64,000 nucleotides of DNA from Octopus vulgaris (Eukaryota). A program made the position numbers and the translations under genes. This document shows, piece by piece, positions 53,251 to 64,000 of the stretch (the stretch's first letter is position 1; the number at the start of each line of letters is the position of its first letter). Location of the stretch: the NCBI GenBank assembly GCA_951406725.2, contig OX597819.1, forward strand, positions 71,548,001 to 71,612,000. The letters are read 5' to 3'. A model generated the notes under the pieces. It was not told the origin of the DNA. It made no database searches and saw only the letters and a list, made by a program, of their open reading frames with translations.

Positions 53251-53835
53251 TCGGGTCTGACCCTTAGCTGTATCGTATGTATCAGGGTCAGATTTGCACG
53301 AAAGAATTTTTTCCTTTTTTACTAAGGCATATTTCCGTCAGAGTGAGTGTCTGTTTGAAGTAGCGGCCGTGGTGAAATTTGGTTCTCCTTTTCGGAGGAC
53401 TTATCTTTTGTTTTAGTATTCCTGGTCCAGGGTGTTTAAACTTGGTCTAAATTTTTTTATGAAATATAGTTCTTTATTTTGGCGTTGTGTGAAGGTTGCG
53501 TTGTCACTGAATTTATAGAGCGGGTTAGTTGTAAATGTCGGATTTACATTTCCAGCACATCTATCTATGTGTCCGCTGACCGGTATTTTGCGGTAATCAG
53601 GGTTTCTAATTTGTGATTTATGCACCGCCATCCTGTTACGTAAGCTATTTTTTGTATGGCCTATATACTGCCTATTGCAGCCTGCGCATGTTATGACGTA
53701 AATTAAGTTTTCTGATGCGCAGGTGAAGTTTGTTCTAATGGTGAACTGGTGGCCTTGTTCCAGTATAAATTCTGATCCTTCTTTCAAGATGACACAGATT
53801 CCGCAGTTGGGCCTTCCACATTTTATATATATATA

Positions 53836-53898
<63 letters not shown>

Positions 53899-54084
53899 GT
53901 AGACAGAACCATGAAAAATCCATAACACCAAATATCACCAACATGAAATATGTATCCTCTGACCAAGTGGCAAACCAAAGAGGTTTTTTACTGACTTACC
54001 TAGAAAATAAGCCAGGAGATCCAACGAGCTATCAGCAACGGATTAAGTCGATTACATCTTATAAATTAAGAGGAGTGGGTGAGT

Positions 54085-54292
54085 GTGTCCTTGCTTCTCC
54101 CCTCTATGTTTAGCCCCTTGTGGGTAATAAAGAAATAGGTATTTCGTCTGTCATTACGTTCTGAGTTCAAATTTCGCCGAGGTCGACTTTGCCTTTCATC
54201 CTTTCGGGTTCGATAAATTAAGTGCCAGCTACGCACTGGGGTCGATGTAATCGACTTAATCCGTTTGTCTGTCCTTGTTTGTCCCATCTATG
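54085..54292 (+). mobile_element. SINE family A, circularly permuted / multimer-derived piece
   Basis: tail followed by AAAGAAATA|GGTATTTCGTC junction and a central domain. Confidence 0.8.
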
Positions 54293-54312
54293 TCCTCATC
54301 TTGTTTGTTGTT

Positions 54313-54358
54313 AACACAACGTTTCGGCTGTTATACTCTACAGCTTTCTTCAGGTGTC
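54313..54358 (-). ncRNA. minimal type-I hammerhead ribozyme
   Basis: GACAC-CUGAAGA-A-AGCUG-(10 nt)-CAGCC-GAAAC-GUU-GUGUU. Confidence 0.7.
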
Positions 54359-54591
54359 TTGTAGAAATTTCGAACCTGGGTTCTCATTCTTAAGGGGTTT
54401 TTTTCGATATTTTTATTATTATTATTGTTATTGTTCAGGTCACTGCTTGGAATCGAACTCGGAATTTTGGGGTTAGTAGCCTGCGCTATTAACCACTACG
54501 CCATATGCCCGTGGGCAATTATGGAGTGTTCCGAGTTCTATTCCAAGCAGTGACCTAAACAAAAACAACAACAACAACAACGACAACAACG

Positions 54592-54701
<110 letters not shown>

Positions 54702-54706
54702 AATAA

Positions 54707-54762
<56 letters not shown>

Positions 54763-54813
54763 TATCGAAAAAAAACCTTACGAATGAGAACCCAAGTTTG
54801 AAATTTCCCCTAA

Positions 54814-54859
54814 GACACCTGAAGAAGACTGGAGGGTATATCAGCCGAAACGTTGTGTT
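54814..54859 (+). ncRNA. minimal type-I hammerhead ribozyme
   Basis: GACAC-CUGAAGA-A-GACUG-(10 nt)-CAGCC-GAAAC-GUU-GUGUU. Confidence 0.72.
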
Positions 54860-55691
54860 AACAACAAACAAGATGAGGACAAATATCCGTCGAATGTAAA
54901 TAATGTAAATAATGTAAATAATGTACATAATTCCTCATCGCTTAAATATAGAACTGTAAGAAACCAGCACTTTCTCGATTGGCCAGAAATCTTGAAATAA
55001 AACTCAATACTGATATGCATTCATATATGGTGGAGAGTGTGTTTCTGTAAGCATGCGTCAAGAGAGTGTATTTGCTGCATGGGAAGCAAATGAGCCAAGT
55101 TAGTAGTCACATATTTAATGCAGTGAGAATTAAAATCTTAATTAGAAACAGTTATGCAGCGAGTAAATGACACCATTAGTTTAATTACAATATAAGTTTA
55201 ATGATTTTCGCCAGTACGAAAGAGACAAATTCGGACCTGGTCGGTCAGGGAAAATAGCCTTCACGTTTCACTGTACCCACTGAAATAGTCAGGAGACACT
55301 CATTAATTTGATGCATAATGTTGTTCACCAGAATGTGTGCAAAAATTAGCATATTTAAAATATTAAATCACTGAAGTTAATTACTCTGAGTAAATAAAGT
55401 TGGTAATTAATGTTTATTAGATTATCGCCACGTAATGAGGGAATTATTCTGTCACCCATGACTAGCTGCAAGTGCACGATATACAATTCCGTGTTGGGCC
55501 TGTAGTGGTATTTCATATGTGTATGAATAAAGGACATTGGTAAAATATATTTGGCTTAAATGAAGTAAGATAAAACCACTTTTAGAAAACCGAGTGAAGA
55601 GAGAAATGTGGAAACCGAAGTTGGAACACTTTTACATACATAGACATGCACGCGCATACACACAATACACGCACACACAAATACATATATC

Positions 55692-56497
55692 CTTCCATTC
55701 TTCCTTCCTTTCTATCCTTTGACTGGGTGGTTGTCGAGGCATTCGTTGATGACGTTGCATCAAGGTTCCACCAATTCTTTCGGTCTTCCGCTGCCCGCTC
55801 TGAGTCGCCAAAATTGAGGCCTGTCCAGTTTTTGATGCTAACCAGGGCGACGACCGATCCCGTATGGATCCTAGTCTGCTTGTCATCATCGTTAATGTGT
55901 CATAGCAAGGTTAGCATGGCGGCATCCATTCGTCTCTAAGATGTTAGCCACAACCGTAGGCCTCGATCTGAGACATACCTTGACCTCAATCACTTGGCAG
56001 TTGATCTGAGCAGGTTCGTTTGGCCTGACCGAGGAATCCTTGGAAAGTCTTACCCGGAGCCTTTCGCCTGGTGGTGCAGTGTTAACACCATCCCCTCATT
56101 TGGTTTAGCCCACTAACTGAAGTGAGTCACAGAGTGAGGCGTTAGAAATCGACCAGTGACGTCTGCCCACCTGACCATTGCTGACAAAGCGCAGTTGGCA
56201 GACACCAAAGCTATTACCTCTGTTCAAAGGCCCCTACATCCTGGCATATGCGTATAGCATCGGTTTAGCTTTCTAAAAATCATACCCAGCTGGCTAGACG
56301 AGCGGGCCTACATCACCCCCGACTGATGGGCAAGTCTGTTGCAGGGTCACCCCCTTTACAGCTGAGTGGACGGAGCAATGTGAAATTAAGTGTTTTGCTC
56401 TTAAGAACACAACATGCAACCGTTCCAGGAATCGAAACAATGTTCTAGCAATCGTGAGAGTAACACACCTTACCACTAGGCCTTCACAAGCACCTTC
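55692..56497 (-). mobile_element. composite tRNA-CORE SINE ending in an RTE LINE 3' end
   Basis: tRNA-like head and CORE-like domain at 56340-56497; NWTGLNFGDSERAAEDRKNWWNL resembles the RTE ORF terminus; (GAAG)-type tail. Confidence 0.6.
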
Positions 56498-56533
56498 ACA
56501 CACATACATACACACACAAACACACACATTCTC

Positions 56534-56625
<92 letters not shown>

Positions 56626-57000
56626 TCACACATACACACTCTCTCACTCCTCTTAATTTATAAGAATCCTCGTTGCAGCAACTCTACCGCCATGAAAACA
56701 AACGGCACTTATTAGATTAAAGATATTACGCAACGACGATCGGCTCAGATAGTATCAAGTTTCTCTCTCTCTTTTCTAAAAAGTAACGCCTTAATTAAAA
56801 AGCTAGGCTCATCCTAGTTGTGTGTATTTTTATTTAGTAACTTCTTCATTTATGTGACCTCTTTCAAAACAAAAAATAGATAAATGACAAAAAAATGAAG
56901 AAAATTAAATAAATTCTAGAATCTACATCCATTTAAAGAATCTTATCACAAGTTTGTGTATGTACAAGTATATATATGTATGTGCATGCGTGTGTGTGTA

Positions 57001-57058
<58 letters not shown>

Positions 57059-57855
57059 CGTGTGTGTGTGTGTGCATGTACGTGTCTGATAGATTGCTAA
57101 CTATATAATGTTTTTCTTTTCTGTAGTGTTTCAGTAAATTCTTCCTCAAAAGAAGATGTCTGTTTCTAATCTAAAATAAAAGCCACATTATATGAATTTA
57201 GACAAAAAAAAAACAAAACAGAAACAGTCATATGTTGAATTCTAAAACTGTTTCGCATACTTACACAGCTTCGCTTCAAACTTGATATTAAATTGACTTT
57301 AAATTCACGTGGGTAGCGGGTTTCCAAAGCTATCACTTCAAAACTCGGCAACATAACTGTAGACACCAAGGATACCGATACAAATGATAATGTGTAATCT
57401 GGCTAGAAAAGTTGCGTGTTTCGAAACAGCCGTCAAGAAATATTTCTGCTATTGATATTGAATAAAACATAAATATTAGACAGAAACATATAGTGTTCAC
57501 AGAATCATATAGAAAAGGTGAAAGAGTCATGGCTGGAATATCCTTGATTTTAAACATACCCGATCGGGGCTCTTCTGGAATTCAGCACTAAGAATAACAC
57601 GCATGCCAAAGGAGACTAGACATCACAGTGAATACATGTCCAAAATAGAGCAAGTTACCTGACAGACTTAACTGTTCCGTTTCGTGGTGGAGAGCAGAGA
57701 GAAAACGTCAATTCGTATTCAGTTGTGCAGCACAGCAGGTTAGCAAAGTGACGTTTCATCTAACTCCGGGCAGCTCAATGCTACGTGTGTGAAACCAGTA
57801 GACGAAAATTGTGCGGAAGCTAGTTATATGTGTGTGTGCGTGTGTGTGTATGTGC

Positions 57856-57937
<82 letters not shown>

Positions 57938-57967
57938 TATGTATATATATGTATATATATATAAATG

Positions 57968-57998
<31 letters not shown>

Positions 57999-58001
57999 AT
58001 G

Positions 58002-58068
<67 letters not shown>

Positions 58069-59119
58069 TCATACACGTGTATATATACATATGCGTATGT
58101 GTGTATGCATGTGTATATATAAATGTGTGTGCATGTGTGTATGTATATATGTGTGTCTTTCTATGACCTTATGCCTGTTCCCCACCCACTACCTGTCAAC
58201 CGATGTTGCTTTGTTTACGTCCAGTATTAGAGTAGTTCGGGAGAGGCGATCCATAGGACAAGTACTGGAGTTGATTTCTTCGATTCAGCCTTTCAGTGTA
58301 GTGCCCCAGTATGACCGCAGTCCCACAACTGAAACAAATAAAAAACTAAAACAGAAAAAAAAACAACAGAATACACGCACACACACACATACACACACAT
58401 ACACGCATGCACAGATGCACACATACACTTATGTATATATAAGTTGTTGCTGCAAGTATGTACCTGCATGTGTGTGTAAATAGGAAATGTGTGTGTGCAC
58501 GCGCGTGTGTGTCTGAGTGTGTGTAACAGTGTTAATCACAAAAGAGCAAGCCAAAAGACCAATTATTTCTGGGTGGCTGCGTGGAAACTTAATATTATAT
58601 TTGTTAACAAGCTTCACATGAATGGAGTGTTATTAAATGTGAGTCACTGGAACAGCGAGACAAGCAATTACATGCCTCGCCTCCCACGCACAATATAAGT
58701 TCAACATGCACCGCTCACACACGAGCACATACACAAACATACGCACACTCACATACACACATACACGCACACACTCACACACATATACACTCACACTCAC
58801 GTACACTCCCTCACACACTCACGTACACACACTGACACGCACACACATACACACATAAACACTCACACACAAACATGCACGCGTGGACACACACACTCAC
58901 TCACATACACACTCTCACGTACACACCTACACACACACTCTCAATCAAGCACACACACATAAGCACACACTCATACACACACATACACGCACATCCACAC
59001 ATACACACATGCATACACAGATACACATGCACCCATATACCCATACACACACACATACAGACAGCACACATACGCACATACACACGTACACGTACACGCA
59101 CGGGCAAACTCCCCTACAG

Positions 59120-59510
59120 CATAGTTTCGGGTTCAATGTCACTCTGTGGCACCTTGGGTAAGTGCCTTCCACTATAACGTCGAACCGTCTTGTGAGTGGA
59201 TTTGGACGACGTAATTGGGACGAAATAAAATGTATGTGTGTGTGTGTTGTGAGTGAGTATGTTTGTGTTCGTGCGCGTGTGTGTGTGAGTGCGTCTTTGC
59301 ATATGCGTGCCTCTGTAATTCTGTTTGTACCCCACCACCGTGTCATAACCGCTGTTGGATTCTTTATGTACTTAACAGTCGGGCCAAAGAGACCGTTCGG
59401 TCAAATACCAAACTTTAAAATATGGTACTAGGTCGATCTATGCGACTAAGGACGTGAAATCAGTGCCCCAGTTTGGACACAATCCAGTGATTAAAGGAAG
59501 TGAAAATTAA
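59120..59510 (+). mobile_element. diverged SINE family B; further pieces at 58160-58350 and 59812-59970
   Basis: GGCACCTTGGGTAAGTG...GTGAGTGGATTTGG. Confidence 0.65.
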
Positions 59511-59714
59511 AACAATGTTTATATATATAAACATTGTTTTAATATGCATATATATATGCATGTATATGTATATAGACACACATATATATACATGTATATT
59601 TATATATACATATATATACATGTATATATACATACATATATATATATATGTATATGCATATATATATATTTATATGCATATATATATAAATTTATATAAA
59701 TATATATATAAATT

Positions 59715-59761
<47 letters not shown>

Positions 59762-60600
59762 TGATTGCCATTTCATCACAGAAAAAGGCTTCCTTATCAA
59801 TTACTATATATAGGCGCAGGAATGACTGTGTGTATGTATGTTGCTTAGCAACCACATGTTTCCGGGTTCAGTCCTACTATGCGGCACTTTGGCAAGTATC
59901 TTCTATTATAGCCCCGGGCCAACCAAAGTCTTTTAAGTGGATTTGGTAAACGGAAACTGAGAGAAGTCTGTATGTCTGAAATCTAAAGGCTATCCCACTG
60001 ATGACAACTGGCCTTCAACGAATATGTTTTTGCTGGAAATAGTTAGAAACCATGGTCTGGGAAATAGTTGAGATGGTAAACGTTTTTAATTTTCATTCCT
60101 TTCGAGAATTTATCCTTTTATTGTGGTTTCTGAGATTTCTACTGCTCTTTCTAGCCCAACGCTTTCCTATTTGGAAGCCTCTTATTGTATACATATATAG
60201 ATATACCTGATAACTTATAATTTAGGGTATCTAAGAGATACAACCACACTGAAAATAAGAGTCAGAACTTGACTCTAAAACTACATTCAATGTTCATACA
60301 TCAAAAGTAGAGAAGACAAAAAGACAAAATAAACTAGCAAAAAAATTACTGGATAATTCCAGATCTCGGATTTTTGGTTCTACATAAGAAATGCTTTGCC
60401 TCATCAATGGAATATACTCAGATAGCACATAAGTACAAAGATATATATATATATATACAACATATGAATACTTACATATACGAACGTATACATACATATA
60501 TATGCACGTATGCACACGACCAATTTAAATTGCCCGCCTAAAACTCCTCGTGCGACATGGTCAAAAATTATCACCGCAGTGAATATAATGGTGACATAAA

Positions 60601-60722
60601 TATATAAATTTATATAAATAAGAATAAGATCGATATTTAAATACCGATCATATCAAGCTGGCCACTTGATAAGATCGATATTTAAATAACGATCTTATAC
60701 ATATTTATATAAATTTATATAT
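60601..60722. repeat. AT-rich imperfect palindrome with nested palindromes
   Basis: ~57-bp arms with about five mismatches around TGG|CCA. Confidence 0.8.
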
Positions 60723-60749
60723 ACCTGATAGATAGATAGATAGATAGAC

Positions 60750-60833
<84 letters not shown>

Positions 60834-61604
60834 GAACATATACTGCCCAAATACAGTCAGTAAGCGAAACAGTAGAAATATGCAAGACTTTTTCGCGTTC
60901 AGTATGTAACATTGTTTTTCAGTTTTTTATCTGGGTTTCAACGACTGAGCTTCATATCATTGTTAGAAACCAGATCATTCCCTACAAGTATACTTCAAAT
61001 AATTAAAAATACGTGAAATACACATACATACATACATACATACATGCATGCATGCATACATACATACATACATACATACATACATACATACATACATACA
61101 TACATACATACATACATACATACATACATACATGTATATATACATACATACATACGCACATGCATATATAATAAGCAATTATTTCAATTTGCTTTTCTTT
61201 TCTTTCTTTTTCCATATTTTCATTATCTTCGGAACTCTAAGAAAACTGCAGACAACGAACAACTGCCAGAGACACTGGGAAAACTTACTGATTAGAAAAA
61301 AATTCTTTTTCAGCAATTATATAAATTACTCCGATATTCGGAAACAAAAAATTATTTTCAAAGAAAATTTTAAATATTTAACAGCAAAAATATTCTTTTA
61401 TACTCTTTTTTGTTGTTTGCCAGTTTTTTGAAGCTCAGTTGAAGCATCTTATGAATTGCTAAGATGCAACAATTTCCAGTGAATCAATATTCTATAATAA
61501 ACCGCAAATTGTCAGCATCACTTTCAAAGAATTATAAAACTATGCTGAGTCTATGTATTTATGTATGTTTGTATGCATGTATGTATGCATCTATGCATGT
61601 ATGT

Positions 61605-61992
61605 CAACAACATTGTTCTGGGTTCAGTCCCACTGCGTAGTACCTCGGGCAAGTGTCTCCTACAATAGCCTCGCGCCGACCAAAGCCTTGTGAGTGGATA
61701 TGGTAGACGGAAACTGAAAGAAGCCCGTCGTATGTGTGTGTGTGTGTCTGTGTGTGTGTGTCTGTGTCTGTGTGTGTGTGTGTATTTGTGTGTCTGCGTT
61801 TGTCACCCCACCATTGCTTGACAACCGATGTTAGCGTGTGTACCTCCTCGTAACGTTTCGTTTCGACAAAAGATACCGATAGAATAAGTACTAGGCTTAC
61901 AAAGAATAAATCCTGGGGTCGATTCGCTCGACTAAAGGCTGTGCTCCAGCTTGGTCGCTGTCAAATGACTGAAACAAGTAAAAGAATAAGAG
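61605..61992 (+). mobile_element. SINE family B
   Basis: body and tail similarity. Confidence 0.85.
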
Positions 61993-62033
61993 AAATATAT
62001 GTACGTGTGTCTGAGTGTGTTTGTAAATATGTA

Positions 62034-62100
<67 letters not shown>

Positions 62101-62165
62101 ATATATATATACATATATAGCAATAATAATTCTCTAAACGAGATATAAACAGTAACTGCTCCATA

Positions 62166-62414
62166 ACATAAGGGACATCAGCCATCTGAATGTGGCTAGG
62201 GACAGGGCAGGGCGGTGGGGGTGTTACTGATGCATTTAGCCCCAGGCGATCATCAACGTCACCAGGAGGGCTGACACCATCAGGCTAGAGGACACCGTGA
62301 TGGTGTCAGCCCTCCTGGTGACGTTGATGATCGCCTGGGGCTAAATGCATCAGTAACACCCCCACCGCCCTGCCCCGTCCCTAGCCACATTCAGATGGCT
62401 GATGTCCCTTATGT
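62166..62414. repeat. near-perfect GC-rich inverted repeat
   Basis: ~117-bp arms (62166-62282 / 62298-62414), one mismatch seen, 15-nt loop. Confidence 0.95.
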
Positions 62415-62443
62415 ATATATATATATATATATATGTATATGTG

Positions 62444-62497
<54 letters not shown>

Positions 62498-62746
62498 GTA
62501 TGTATTCTGTTTTCGTTTTCCGTCGTCCAGCCCAAAGTTGATGATACTGGGGCACCGACAATATCCTCACCAATGGCTATTCTAATGTGGCTGGCTTTTG
62601 ATCAGTGACGTGAGTCTGATTTTGCTGCCCTTGTTTGAGTTGCTTGCCACTTTATAGTTTTATCTGAGATTTGGCAGAATAGAAGCTCAATGTGCTTCTC
62701 TGAAACACATGCCCAGCCAGGATTTTCCTTATATATGGAATATATA

Positions 62747-62786
<40 letters not shown>

Positions 62787-62797
62787 ATATATATCTA

Positions 62798-63018
62798 CAG
62801 TAATCTCTCGCTATATAGCGGTTCCCATATTGCGGTTCTCCTATCGCGGTTTATTATTTAAGCTTACGTCGATTCCTCCTTGGTGTTGTTTTGCATATAT
62901 AATAAAATAAATATTTACAAATTGAAAAAATATATATATACAGTACTGTTTCTACGCGGATTTTCATCTATCGTGGGGTTTTTGGAACGTAACACCCGCA
63001 ATTGTCGAGGTATCACTG
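62798..63018. mobile_element. Tigger/pogo-type MITE
   Basis: TA|CAGTAATCTCTCG ... CGAGGTATCACTG|TA; TIRs resemble those of 9985-10187. Confidence 0.75.
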
Positions 63019-63169
63019 TATATATATATGTGCTTCAACTGAGGGAGATTTGCGCAATGGATGCACTTCCTATTATAAATAACGCAAACCTGAAACGTTC
63101 GTATTAGCCTGAAGCGAATCCTACGTCATATCATATCATATTTGGTAGCGTGTAAGATGTACCTCTTTT

Positions 63170-63470
63170 TTTCTCTCTCTCTAGTTTCAGTTCAGAGCTG
63201 CAGCCATGCTGATGCACCGCCGTTTTGCTACACTGTTATTACTGAGAGCCTCCTCTAATATGTGGGCACTTGGTGAAGAATGGAGTTTGATGTAGCTACC
63301 CTCATGTGCACCTCTTGCCGTGAGGTAGGTTCATCTGGGACTCTCGACAGGAAGAGGTCCAGCTTTGATTTAAAAACACCTACATCTACTTTGTGCAGGT
63401 TTCTCAGGCTCTTTCGGAGAATATTAAAAAGCTCTGGGCCCCTGAAACCCAGGTTGTAGCAGTAACTGGT
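63170..63470 (-). mobile_element. 3' end of a CR1-group LINE
   Basis: GFRGPELFNI.PKSLRNLHKVDVGVFKSKLDLFLSRVPDEP..SNSILHQ, then GGCGGTGCATCAGCATGGCTGCAGCTCTGAACTGAAACTAG tail. Confidence 0.8.
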
Positions 63471-64000
63471 CCTTTGTAAAAAAAAAAAAACCCTGAAAAT
63501 TCCCCTGAGTCCTTATCGATACTAATTGAGAAGTTGTTGCCGTATTTAATACTACAGTCCATTAGATACGTACGAAAGAGTATTATATTAAAGATTTCCG
63601 TTTCTTATATAGATTCTTTATTAAAAATTGAAAATATAGCAACTAATAACCGACAGCTGTCGGTTAACGCACGTCAACACAATCAAGCAGTGGCTGGTGG
63701 TGCGTTGTGGTACGCACAAGATGATTGGCAGCAGTCGTAGTCGAACGTTGGTAGCTGGTAGGTAACATGGGAATTAAAGCGACATGCATCGAGTTATGTG
63801 AACGGCTATGCCGCTCATGTGGACGGCAATTTGGCAAATATAAAAACATTTTGAAAAGAAATATGTCTACAAAATATTCTGCAACTCGGGACAAAAGTAG
63901 GGAAAAAAACTACCCAAGGGGGACTGAACCAGAAGCTGCGTGACTGCAAAGCGAGTTTCTTAACCACATAACGACGCTTGTGTCCATAAAAATTCCGAGC

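Larger units (their letters stand above)
52437..53822 (-). mobile_element. 5'-truncated Penelope-like element (possibly Naiad-like), flanked by (TA)n
   Basis: KCGRPNCGIC...NLIYVITCAGCNRQYIGHTKNSLRNRMAVH...PVSGH...KELYFIKKFRPSLN GIY-YIG domain (53413-53822); long 3' region; hammerhead-like motif near the end. Confidence 0.88.

Noticed and set aside
54450-54510. Functional tRNA-Ser(ACT) gene
   Set aside because: No proper acceptor stem or long variable arm; it is the head of a repeat.
62222-62278. Twister or HDV-like ribozyme in the hairpin arm (CCCAGG..GAGGG, GCTGA)
   Set aside because: Could not place the required cleavage-site strand and pseudoknots by eye.

Overview
AT-rich eukaryotic DNA, very probably from an octopus (coleoid cephalopod). 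This is inferred from the tRNA-headed SINE families and the density of (TA)n, (CA)n, (TACA)n, (TAA)n and (TATC)n microsatellites. I could not confidently identify any host protein-coding exon, and nearly all ORFs in the track are microsatellite read-throughs. The recognisable coding remnants are all from transposons: two 5'-truncated Penelope-like elements (RT plus GIY-YIG), a 5'-truncated CR1/L2-group LINE, relics of R4/Dong, RTE and CR1 LINEs, and three Tc1/mariner relics. There are also MITEs, Helitron/Helentron-like pieces and dozens of SINE copies. The most interesting signal is a set of about ten minimal type-I hammerhead ribozyme motifs. Some sit in Penelope terminal repeats and in ~200-bp solo units with a shared boundary, and three of these copies carry a U at core position 6. 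Two sit in a tRNA-headed (Pol III-type) element present as a head-to-head inverted dimer, i.e. a candidate ribozyme-bearing SINE or retrozyme. Other points: apparent partitioning of retroelements by microsatellite target, a pre-tRNA-Leu/LINE-tail chimera, a CRE+CCAAT motif array and several short inverted duplications. All structure and family calls were made by eye.
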